A stretch of DNA of 64,000 nucleotides from Patescibacteria group bacterium (GTDB taxonomy: Bacteria; Patescibacteriota; Minisyncoccia; Minisyncoccales; UBA10102): positions 462,342 to 526,341 of the forward strand of contig JADFNM010000001.1 of NCBI GenBank assembly GCA_022563395.1, read 5' to 3'. The position numbers and the translations under genes are program-made. Within the stretch, counting starts at the first letter, position 1. Each line of letters starts with the position of its first letter. The notes below the pieces were generated by a model that was given only the letters and a program-made list of their open reading frames with translations, was not told the origin of the DNA and searched no databases. Positions 19,601 to 27,892 of this stretch are shown piece after piece.

Positions 19601-20815
19601 TTACCCTTTTTCTTCTTTTGACGCAACCTCTTTGTGCCTCGTCGGCACATCCTCTGATTTCTCAACCTCCTCTTCTTCTTTTTCTAAAGAAACTCCTTTC
19701 CCTTCTGGGGTTCGAATATCTATCTTCCAACCCGTGAGTTTGGCCGCTAAGCGCACGTTCTGGCCATCCCGTCCAATGGCCAAGGACAGCTGATCTTCTG
19801 GAACAATGGCCACTGCCTTGTTCTGATCTTGAACCTCAACCTGCAGAACCTTGGCAGGGGATAGGGAATTTGCAAGATATACTTCAGAATCCTCTGCCCA
19901 TTCAATAATGTCTATCTTTTCACCCCCCAGCTCATTAATAACGGCAGAAACCCTTGTACCTCTTTGCCCTACCATGGAGCCAACCGGATCCACCCCTTCC
20001 TCCCGCGAAACCACGGCAATCTTTGACCTGGATCCGGGTTCCCTGGTAATGGCCTTAATCTCCACGCTTTCTGCTGCAATCTCTGGAACTTCCAATTCAA
20101 AAAGCTTGGAAATGAACTTGGGGTAGGCACGAGAGAGAACCACAGAAGGACCCCGGGGCTGGTCTTCTACAGACAAGAGGTAGAACTTCAATCTTTGGCC
20201 CGGACGGTAAAACTCTCCTGGAACCTGCTCTTCTTTGGGCATAATTCCTAACGTCTTTCCCAGATCCACAAATACCATTCTTCCCTCCACTCGCTGCACA
20301 ATGCCAGACACCAGCTCTCCTTCCTTTGACTGAAACTCTTCTAACACCGCCTCTCGTTCCGCCTCGCGTATCTTTTGCAAGATAACCTGCTTTGCGGTTT
20401 GAGCTGCAATCCTTCCGTAGTCGCCCTTTGACTCCAGTTTTATCTCCAGATCCTCTCCCACAGCAATCTTTTTTTGTATCTTCTTTGCGTCTGCCAAAAG
20501 AATGTGGCGCTCAGGGTGAAACCTCACCTTTTTCCCCTCTTGCGCAAGCTCTTCCTCCTCTTTTTTGTCCTTTAATTCCTCCAACTCCTCTTCTGAATAG
20601 ATCATGTCTTCGTCTACCACCTGCTTTACCTGCCAAAACTCAACCTTCCCTGTTTTGGGGTCCATTTTTGCCTTCACTATCTGTCCTCTGGTTCCGTATT
20701 CTTTTTTGTAGGCAGCGGCAACAGCCTGCTCAATTAACTCAAAGACCTTTTCCTTGGGAAGGCCTTTCTCTTCTGCAATGATCTCTACTGCCAGTAAAAA
20801 GTTTTTTAGATCCAT
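19601..20815 (-). CDS. nusa: Transcription factor NusA
   Basis: GRIAAQTAKQ, S1 and KH domains, GQNVRLA; ATG at 20815. Confidence 0.96.
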   Translation of the reverse strand: MDLKNFLLAVEIIAEEKGLPKEKVFELIEQAVAAAYKKEYGTRGQIVKAKMDPKTGKVEFWQVKQVVDEDMIYSEEELEELKDKKEEEELAQEGKKVRFHPERHILLADAKKIQKKIAVGEDLEIKLESKGDYGRIAAQTAKQVILQKIREAEREAVLEEFQSKEGELVSGIVQRVEGRMVFVDLGKTLGIMPKEEQVPGEFYRPGQRLKFYLLSVEDQPRGPSVVLSRAYPKFISKLFELEVPEIAAESVEIKAITREPGSRSKIAVVSREEGVDPVGSMVGQRGTRVSAVINELGGEKIDIIEWAEDSEVYLANSLSPAKVLQVEVQDQNKAVAIVPEDQLSLAIGRDGQNVRLAAKLTGWKIDIRTPEGKGVSLEKEEEEVEKSEDVPTRHKEVASKEEKG

Positions 20816-20879
20816 CCTTCGCTTTCTCGCTTCGCTCAAAAGCTACGGATGCCCTTCCGTAGCCTCCGGCGAAGGAGGG
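20816..20879. repeat. REP-like nested hairpins in the nusA leader
   Basis: CCTTCGC...GCTACGGA / TCCGTAGC...GCGAAGG. Confidence 0.6.
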
Positions 20880-20944
20880 CTACAATTTCTATACTCTTGA
20901 TTAAAGAATGTCCGCTTTTGGCGGACACCTTCATTCACAAAGCC

Positions 20945-20973
20945 ACTATACATCCTTTACTCCACTCTGTCAA
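20945..20973 (-). promoter_or_regulatory. nusA promoter
   Basis: TTGACA-N17-TATAGT. Confidence 0.75.
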
Positions 20974-21026
20974 TCCCTCCTTAATAAAATTAAGGAATCG
21001 TTCTGAGCTACCACACATAACGTAGC

Positions 21027-21875
21027 TCAGTCTCCAACTCTATATTCCTCACTTTTTGGAGGTTTCACCCTTCCAGATTTTATGTCTCTTTTAAGATAAA
21101 AACGAGGCTTCCCTATGACATCAAAAATAGTCTCGTATGGTTCAAAAGAAACCATGTCCTCTCCAAAACTTAAATCATCCAGATCGCGGAGGATAAGTAA
21201 AAGGATAGCAACGGTTGAGATAAGCGTGCCAGTCAAAAAAAGAGATGGTAGGTCTGGTGTTCTGACAAAAAAGATAGAGAACACCAGGATCAAAGAAAGA
21301 AACAAAACTACCATCCACTCCAATTTACTCAACCTATCTTTGCCATACATAAATAAGCGTTCTCGTGCGGTTGTAATCTCGTTTAAAAGCGGCAAGAAGT
21401 TCGTATACGTCTCCACTTCTTTATTGGTCTTTAATTCTTTTACATCACCAAGAGATTGAATGATTGCATTAAAATGCGGGTCAATTTTTCCATAGTCCTG
21501 CCACTCAACAGCAAAGAACTCTCTTACGTATCTATCAATAAGTTCTTGCTGTTTTTTTGCCCACTCTTTGTGCTGAGGGAAGTCCCCGAGTATCTGTGTA
21601 AAAAGATAATAGGTCTGAAGACCACTGACCTCTGTTGCAACACTGTCCCTGATTTTTTGGAACCTGCTCCATAGGTCGGTAATGAAAAACCCAACCAGGA
21701 TTGCGAAAAGAAGGCCCACGACTCCCAGAATGGTGTTTATACCCTCTCCTACATCTTCCTTGGTGGGAAGCAGAAAAACCAGGAGAAACGATCCCGCTAT
21801 AACAACAGTAACAAGATATGGGAGCTTAATTTTCTTTAAGAGAGAGGCCACATATTTATAATACTGAACTAGCAC
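21027..21875 (-). CDS. Membrane protein, DUF4239/bestrophin-like
   Basis: GLLFAILVGFFI, E..GL, Y...EW, L.DLD..F.E. Confidence 0.65.
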   Translation of the reverse strand: MLVQYYKYVASLLKKIKLPYLVTVVIAGSFLLVFLLPTKEDVGEGINTILGVVGLLFAILVGFFITDLWSRFQKIRDSVATEVSGLQTYYLFTQILGDFPQHKEWAKKQQELIDRYVREFFAVEWQDYGKIDPHFNAIIQSLGDVKELKTNKEVETYTNFLPLLNEITTARERLFMYGKDRLSKLEWMVVLFLSLILVFSIFFVRTPDLPSLFLTGTLISTVAILLLILRDLDDLSFGEDMVSFEPYETIFDVIGKPRFYLKRDIKSGRVKPPKSEEYRVGD

Positions 21876-21933
21876 AATAAGACAAGAAACCCGCCTATTT
21901 GGCGCTTCTTTGTTTTGAGATAAACCGATATCT

Positions 21934-22072
21934 CCTAAATGAAATTAAAGCATTCTTAACTTCATTAGGGAATCACTAATTTCAATGAATATTGCTTAAA
22001 TCTCGTTTAGGCATGAATGATTTTTCCGATTATCTCTTAAATGAAATTAAGGATTCCTTAATTTCATTTAAG
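21934..22072. repeat. Cluster of 5-6 CCTWAAYGARATTWAGG palindrome units
   Basis: Units at 21934, 21955, 21994, 22036, 22056. Confidence 0.85.
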
Positions 22073-22125
22073 AACTATTGAATTCTCACTTTGACCTACA
22101 AAAGGAGGTGGGGCATACTTGAGAT

Positions 22126-23079
22126 ATGAGCATTATACGGCTTGCCGTCTTCTTTCTCTTTCTCTTTTTTCCTTTCTCTCTTGCTTTCGCTCAAGAGACA
22201 AACGCCGGGTTTGTACAGGGTGTTTGGTATTCAAAAACCCCCTTTTTTGCAGGGGATACGATAAGAATATACACTGCAATTCAGAACAACTCCGGCTTTG
22301 ACATTCAAGGAACCATAGAGTTTTTGGTAAACGGCAACAATATAGGTGAATCATCGTTTTCTGCTGCCAACGGAAGAATTACAGAAGCATGGAGCGATTG
22401 GAAAGTTACACAGGGAAATTACTCCGTTGCAGCTCACATTAAAGAAGCATTTAGGGTAGAGATTGGAAAAAATCCAGAGCCAATTTCCCTGGGCACTGGT
22501 GTGCTTGGAGCAAGCGAGGTGTTTATAGATGAAGATACGGATCAAGATGGAATAGGAAATATGGAGGATGACGACGATGATAACGACGGCCTCACAGATC
22601 AAGAGGAAGAAATACTTAAAACAGACCCTCTGAATCCAGATACAGACGGAGACGGAGTAAGCGACCAAGAAGAGGTAAATTCTGGGACCAACCCATTAGT
22701 AAAAGAGAATGCTTTAATAGAAACGCAGGAAAAATCAGAAAAAGAGGAAGTGGTACCAGAAGAATCCCTTTTAAAAGAGATTACTGACACAATAACCCAA
22801 GAATACCTTCCTTCTCTCGTACAAAAAGTAGATGCTCTCGCAAAAGACACAACAGAGAAACTCAAAGAGCAAAGACAGGAACTTCAAGAAAAGAAAAATG
22901 CATTTTTAGCAGGAAAAAGCCCCGAGCCCCTTTCTGTGGCAGAACAAAGCCTGGACTTTCTTTTAGCCTCAGCCATTATTGCCCTACCACAATGGCAGAT
23001 TGGTTTGTTCCTCTTTTTTGCAATTGCAGCAGCTCTCCTGTTACGCCGTCTCGCTTCTAAAGAACAAGAAAGAGGATAA
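22126..23079 (+). CDS. Surface protein: signal peptide, Ig/CARDB-like domain, Ca-binding DxDxDG repeats, C-terminal TM
   Basis: DTDQDG, DDDNDG, DTDGDG; promoter TTGACC-N17-CATACT. Confidence 0.82.
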   Translation: MSIIRLAVFFLFLFFPFSLAFAQETNAGFVQGVWYSKTPFFAGDTIRIYTAIQNNSGFDIQGTIEFLVNGNNIGESSFSAANGRITEAWSDWKVTQGNYSVAAHIKEAFRVEIGKNPEPISLGTGVLGASEVFIDEDTDQDGIGNMEDDDDDNDGLTDQEEEILKTDPLNPDTDGDGVSDQEEVNSGTNPLVKENALIETQEKSEKEEVVPEESLLKEITDTITQEYLPSLVQKVDALAKDTTEKLKEQRQELQEKKNAFLAGKSPEPLSVAEQSLDFLLASAIIALPQWQIGLFLFFAIAAALLLRRLASKEQERG

Positions 23080-23455
23080 AGAAATTCACTAAGGCACTCA
23101 AGATACACCATTCACACCACTTTTTCAAGATGAAAGCTTGAACAAAAAGAAGGTACAAAGAAGCAAGGGAGGCTGAAATTGCAGCAAACAGCAAAAGGGA
23201 AAGAAGGGGAAGTCCCAGACCCATGGTATTGCCAAGCTGCGAGAGAACAAACAGGGCAAGAACAAAAAGGTAAAAGCCAACGCCAAACACCTCGCTGGGG
23301 ATACCAAACATGTATCCATACTCGCTCTTGCTCACTTTGTCGCAGTCATCCCCAAAAAAACACACAAGCTTTTCCTTTCGGAGTTTTTTGTACAAGAGGT
23401 AAGAGGCATCTGCCAACCCAATAAGGGCTAGAACGGGAATCCAAAAAGAAAACAT
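23057..23455 (-). CDS. Vitamin K epoxide reductase family protein
   Basis: C...C..V..S.Y and CEWC motifs. Confidence 0.9.
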   Translation of the reverse strand: MFSFWIPVLALIGLADASYLLYKKLRKEKLVCFFGDDCDKVSKSEYGYMFGIPSEVFGVGFYLFVLALFVLSQLGNTMGLGLPLLSLLLFAAISASLASLYLLFVQAFILKKWCEWCILSALVNFFILFLVL

Positions 23456-23456
23456 A

Positions 23457-24374
23457 TTACAGCCAGCGGTTTTTCAAAAATAAGGTAAGAACGGCAACAG
23501 AAACTAAAATAGTGACCCCCAGCACCACCAAAAAGGCATCAGGGGAATCAGCCAGGGGAAGACGCACATTCATGCCGTAAAAAGAGGCAATAATGGTTGG
23601 AACGGTCAAAACAATGGTAAGAGCAGTTAAGATTTTTATCACCCGGTTTAAGTTGTTGCTCATGATGGTAGAGTATCCTTCCCTGACGTTGCTAATACTC
23701 CTCATGTTGGACTGGCACAGTTCAATTAACTGGCGGTTTGAAAGCGTGAGGTCTTCCACTAATTCGCGGTCTTGCTCGTAGAGCTGCAGAAATTTCCCAG
23801 ACAAAAGATTATTCAGCAAGGTGTTTGTGGGGGTCAGGGCTGCGAGAAAATCGTTCAAAGACCCTTCAAACATCACAAACTGCTTTATCTCCTTGTTTCC
23901 AATGTCTTCTAAGCGAACCGTCACTCCCCGCACATTCTTTGCAATGTTGTTGATGAAAGAAGAGTACGCGGTGTTGATTTCAGAAAAGAGCTGCAGGAAG
24001 AGTTTGGTTTTTTGCGTGGTGTAAAATTCCACCCTGCCTTCCTGAAACTTTGCTAAAAAGGGAAGAGAACGATGAGAAATCGTCAAAACAAAGTTTTTGC
24101 CAACTGCAATCATGAGAGGAGTGGTGGTCTGCACTTCTTCTTGAAGAGGCACCCTTGTGTATACATACGTCACGCCTCCTTCTCGCTCCACCCGGGGAAC
24201 CTCATAGGGATCCACAGCGTCTCGGAGAAGATCTCTATTAAGTGGCAGATCCTGTGCCAAAAAATCCAGCTCTTCCTCGGTTGGATTCTCAACTGCAACC
24301 CAAGAACCCGTCTTGAACTTTTCAAGCGTTTGGAGCTCCTGTTCTTTTAATGTTCTGTAGTAGATAGTAATCAT
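23457..24374 (-). CDS. corA: CorA family Mg2+ transporter
   Basis: YGMNV signature, 2 C-terminal TM. Confidence 0.93.
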   Translation of the reverse strand: MITIYYRTLKEQELQTLEKFKTGSWVAVENPTEEELDFLAQDLPLNRDLLRDAVDPYEVPRVEREGGVTYVYTRVPLQEEVQTTTPLMIAVGKNFVLTISHRSLPFLAKFQEGRVEFYTTQKTKLFLQLFSEINTAYSSFINNIAKNVRGVTVRLEDIGNKEIKQFVMFEGSLNDFLAALTPTNTLLNNLLSGKFLQLYEQDRELVEDLTLSNRQLIELCQSNMRSISNVREGYSTIMSNNLNRVIKILTALTIVLTVPTIIASFYGMNVRLPLADSPDAFLVVLGVTILVSVAVLTLFLKNRWL

Positions 24375-24399
24375 AGAATTTTTCTATTATACCTTACGG

Positions 24400-24470
24400 T
24401 GGACCTAGGCGGAATCGAACCGCCGTCTCAGCAATGCGAATGCCGCATTCTACCATTGAACCATAGGCCC
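24400..24470 (-). tRNA. tRNA-Ala(CGC)
   Basis: G3:U70, ttCGCat loop. Confidence 0.93.
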
Positions 24471-24545
24471 TGGTCGGGGATGTGGGAGTCGAACCCACCA
24501 TCTCACCGTCCCGAACGGTGCATGTTGCCGCTACACTAATCCCCG
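24471..24545 (-). tRNA. tRNA-Pro(CGG) with CCA
   Basis: CGGGGAT acceptor, ttCGGga loop. Confidence 0.93.
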
Positions 24546-24579
24546 TTTGTTTTTAATGTTTGAAACCAAGCAGTTGGTT

Positions 24580-26067
24580 TCAAACCCAATACTTTTGTTT
24601 TGACATTTCATCCCGCTTCATCTCCACATGTTCGCGCTCTTTCTTTGCCTTCTTTGAAAGATGGAGGAGTTCTGCCTCCTCAAGGGGTAAGAGTTCTTTT
24701 ACTTCCCTCTCCAGATACTTTTTGGTATTCTTCTTGGGGTCTTCCAGCACCCCCGCCAACAGCACATCTAATAGGTAGCCAACCTTGGGACCAGGGGAAA
24801 GGTTTCCCAGTTTCATTACGTCCGAACCGTTGAGTTTTAACATCTTTGCTGAAATGGGGTCCTTTTGCACCCTTTCAATAACATACCGCAAGTGGCGAAG
24901 CTTGTAGGGTTCGGCCTTTGGCACCCCAGAGCCAATGCGGTCTGCCATGCGAACTTGCATTAAATCCTCCACGTTCTCTTTCCCAATATTTCGCAGTAAC
25001 CTCCGAATGGATGATTCTGTTACTTCGTCCACGTTGTAGTAAAAGAGGTGATAACGAACCAGATTCGCTATCTTCCCTGTTTGTTTTTTGGGAAACTTAA
25101 GGCGTTCTAAAATCCGTTCTGTCATTTTAGCTCCCACCACCTCATGGCCATAGAAAGTGGAGTGTAAACCTTCTCCTCTCTTTACCTTGGGCTTGCCAAC
25201 ATCATGCAGCAAAGAAGCCAGTCTCACTTCCAAACTCCAGTTGTTTTTTGCTGCGTATTGCAAAGCCAAAAGGTTGTGTTCCCACACGGTGTAAATGTGG
25301 TGCTTGTTTTGAGCGACTCCATACCCTTGCTCAAGCTCCGGAAGAATGTATTTGAGCAGGCCTAATTCTCTGAGTTCTTCAATGCCTTCCATTGCTTTTT
25401 TGCCCATGAGAAGCTTTAAGAACTCATCCCGTATTCTTTCAGCTGAAATTTCTTTTAAAAGGCTTGCATCCTTTTGAATTGCCTTTCTGGTCTTCTCTTC
25501 TATTGCAAACCCCAGGGTTGCAACAAAGCGCACTGCTCTCATCATGCGCAAGGCATCTTCTTTAAACCGTTCCTTTGGATTTCCCACTGCGCGAATGAGT
25601 TTTGCTTTTAAGTCCCTTTGTCCTTCAAAAGGGTCGTACACCTTCAGCTCTCCTAAACGAGATTTAGGAGCTCCTAAATCTCGTTTAGGAGATAAGGCAA
25701 TGGCATTTACAGTAAAGTCGCGGCGAGAAAGATCTTCGTTAAGATTATTTGCATATTCAACCCTTCCTGGCCTCCTTCGGTCTGCATACTCAAACTCAGC
25801 CCTAAAGGTGGTCACCTCAATCTCTTTTACATGGGGGTCTTTGCTGTTGGTGAGAATAGTTACCGTAAAGAACTTATTTTCATAGAAGTTGCTGGGAAAG
25901 AGTTTTTGAATCTGCTCTGGGGTGGCACTTGTCGCAATGTCCCAGTCGTTGGGCTCTTTTTTTAAGAACAGGTCCCGAACGCATCCTCCCACCACATATG
26001 CCTCAAAACCTGCTTTCTCAAGCTTTGCTACAACCTCTTTTACCTCTTTTGGAAGAGCAGTCTTCAT
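24580..26067 (-). CDS. cca: tRNA nucleotidyltransferase (CCA-adding type) with HD domain
   Basis: VGGCVRD, DWD, RRDFTVNA, EDALR, LLHDVGK. Confidence 0.9.
   Translation of the reverse strand: MKTALPKEVKEVVAKLEKAGFEAYVVGGCVRDLFLKKEPNDWDIATSATPEQIQKLFPSNFYENKFFTVTILTNSKDPHVKEIEVTTFRAEFEYADRRRPGRVEYANNLNEDLSRRDFTVNAIALSPKRDLGAPKSRLGELKVYDPFEGQRDLKAKLIRAVGNPKERFKEDALRMMRAVRFVATLGFAIEEKTRKAIQKDASLLKEISAERIRDEFLKLLMGKKAMEGIEELRELGLLKYILPELEQGYGVAQNKHHIYTVWEHNLLALQYAAKNNWSLEVRLASLLHDVGKPKVKRGEGLHSTFYGHEVVGAKMTERILERLKFPKKQTGKIANLVRYHLFYYNVDEVTESSIRRLLRNIGKENVEDLMQVRMADRIGSGVPKAEPYKLRHLRYVIERVQKDPISAKMLKLNGSDVMKLGNLSPGPKVGYLLDVLLAGVLEDPKKNTKKYLEREVKELLPLEEAELLHLSKKAKKEREHVEMKRDEMSKQKYWV
25649..25692. 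repeat. 44-bp perfect palindrome in-frame within cca
   Basis: TCTCCTAAACGAGATTTAGGAG|CTCCTAAATCTCGTTTAGGAGA. Confidence 0.95.
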
Positions 26068-26169
26068 CGCTTGAATATTAGCTTAAATTGTGGTATATTT
26101 CAATCGAAAGCTTCCTTAATTTCATTAAGGCCTGCCTGCGCAGACAGGAGATAGACGAGTAAATGTACT

Positions 26170-26242
26170 GTCCTCGTGGTGTAATGGATAACATTTTGCG
26201 CTTCGGACGCGACGATTGCAGGTTCGAGTCCTGCCGAGGACA
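26170..26242 (+). tRNA. tRNA-Arg(UCG)
   Basis: ctTCGga loop, GGATA D-loop. Confidence 0.93.
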
Positions 26243-26283
26243 CAATCCTTAATTTCATTAAGAAAATATGGCAGAATAGAACA

Positions 26284-26676
26284 ATGAAGAAGTTTCTCCC
26301 CATAGTTCTCATCGTATTCCTGTTTTTGCCTTTGCTCATTTTTGCACAACAGGGGCTGGTTCCTTGTGGCGAAGCAGGAAACCCTTGCAAGTTGTGCCAT
26401 CTTTTTCAGCTCGTCAACAACATCTTAAATTGGGTGCTCTTTGTAATTATCCCCATTATAGCCCCTATCTTTATTGTGATTGGGGGCATCTACCTTTTGA
26501 TTGCGCGAGGCGATCCTGGGATGTTTAGTAAGGGGAAAAGCGTCTTGACTGCAACCGTTATTGGCCTTATTATCGTGTACACCGCCTATGTTCTCTTGAG
26601 CACTGTGCTCACCTCTTTGGGAGTAGCTAACTGGACCGGCCTTGGAAGCTGGTGGCAAATTGCTTGTCCGATATAA
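26284..26676 (+). CDS. VirB2/TrbC-like pilin (GLVPCG type)
   Basis: Signal peptide, GLVPCG..C.LCH, two TM with GG..LL.A.G.P. Confidence 0.82.
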   Translation: MKKFLPIVLIVFLFLPLLIFAQQGLVPCGEAGNPCKLCHLFQLVNNILNWVLFVIIPIIAPIFIVIGGIYLLIARGDPGMFSKGKSVLTATVIGLIIVYTAYVLLSTVLTSLGVANWTGLGSWWQIACPI

Positions 26677-26807
26677 ATGAAGAGATTATAGACCCGGGGA
26701 AACCCAAACAGTCTGCCAAAGTAGTCCCGCACAAGCGGGACCCCGGGCCGAGCTTCTTATGCCGTGCTCGCCGCTGGCTCGCACATGGCAAAATATGTTG
26801 CTCGGCC

Positions 26808-26933
26808 GGCAAAAGCCAAGCAGTTGGAATGGGTAGATTATAGACCCGGTGCATTTTCTCGGTGAGCCGAGCCTACTGGCAAACAACGCTCGCAGAGAAA
26901 ATGCCCCTTAAAACCAAAGCAGTTTGGTTTTAA
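26808..26933 (+). repeat. Structured tRNA leader, copy B
   Basis: Aligns with the reverse complement of 3966-4092. Confidence 0.9.
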
Positions 26934-27004
26934 GCCCCCATAGCTCAATGGCAGAGCAGAGGACTCTTAATCCTTTGATGTAAGTTCGACTCTTACTGGG
27001 GGCA
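26934..27004 (+). tRNA. tRNA-Lys(CUU), no encoded CCA
   Basis: ctCTTaa loop, cloverleaf. Confidence 0.93.
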
Positions 27005-27087
27005 CTATATTTATTAGTAGTATGAAAGTACCTTGAATGAAATTAAGAACGTGTTGATTTTTTGGCGATTCGTGATACAGTGCAGCT

Positions 27088-27354
27088 ATGCTCACTACAA
27101 AAGACAAGGAAAAACTGATTGAAAAATACAAGATTCATACCACAGACTCAGGGTCCCCCGAGGTTCAGATTGCCTTAATTACCGAGGAAATCAAGCGGCT
27201 GCTCTCACACTTAAAAAAGCATCCCAAGGACTTTCATTCAAAAAGGGGTCTTTTGAAAACCGTGGCAAAAAGGAGAACTCTCCTGGCATATCTCAAGCAG
27301 GAGAGCGTGAGACGCTACAACAGCCTTATTAAAAAGATTGGATTGAAAAAGTAA
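27088..27354 (+). CDS. rpsO: 30S ribosomal protein S15
   Basis: [21 protein letters not shown]. Confidence 0.98.
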   Translation: MLTTKDKEKLIEKYKIHTTDSGSPEVQIALITEEIKRLLSHLKKHPKDFHSKRGLLKTVAKRRTLLAYLKQESVRRYNSLIKKIGLKK

Positions 27355-27358
27355 TAGA

Positions 27359-27892
27359 ATGCCCATTAAAAACAAGGATCAGCGCGTCGCTATCTTTATT
27401 GACGTTCAGAACCTATATCATTCAGCAAAGAACCTCTATCAGGCAAGAGTGAACTTCCGGGAGATCTTGAAAACCGCAACGGCTGGCAGAATGCTCATTC
27501 GGGCCATGGCCTATGTAGTAAAAACCAAAACAGGGGAAGAAAAACCTTTTTTTGATGCCTTGCTTGGCCTTGGCATTGAAACCAGGGTAAAAGACCTTCA
27601 AGAATACTATGGGGGCTTAAAAAAGGCAGACTGGGATGTTGGTATCGCAGTAGATGCCATTAAAAACTCGGGGGGGGTAGATGTTATTGTCTTAATCTCC
27701 GGGGACGGGGACTATGTTCCTTTGGTGGAGTATCTTAAAAACCACGGCAAACGCGTGGAGGCCCTGGCTTTTGGAAAATCCACCTCCACCAAACTGCGTG
27801 AATCAGTGGATGAGTTTATCGACCTGGGAGAGGATTCTGGAAAATATCTTTTAAAGAAATCACGATGGCCAGCAATCAGGATTATAAAATAA
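27359..27892 (+). CDS. NYN domain (LabA/DUF88) protein
   Basis: IFIDVQN, K.DWDV, SGDGDY. Confidence 0.92.
   Translation: MPIKNKDQRVAIFIDVQNLYHSAKNLYQARVNFREILKTATAGRMLIRAMAYVVKTKTGEEKPFFDALLGLGIETRVKDLQEYYGGLKKADWDVGIAVDAIKNSGGVDVIVLISGDGDYVPLVEYLKNHGKRVEALAFGKSTSTKLRESVDEFIDLGEDSGKYLLKKSRWPAIRIIK

Noticed and set aside
21934..22072. CRISPR-like array
   Set aside because: Units are 16-17 bp, alternate in orientation and have irregular spacing; no cas genes
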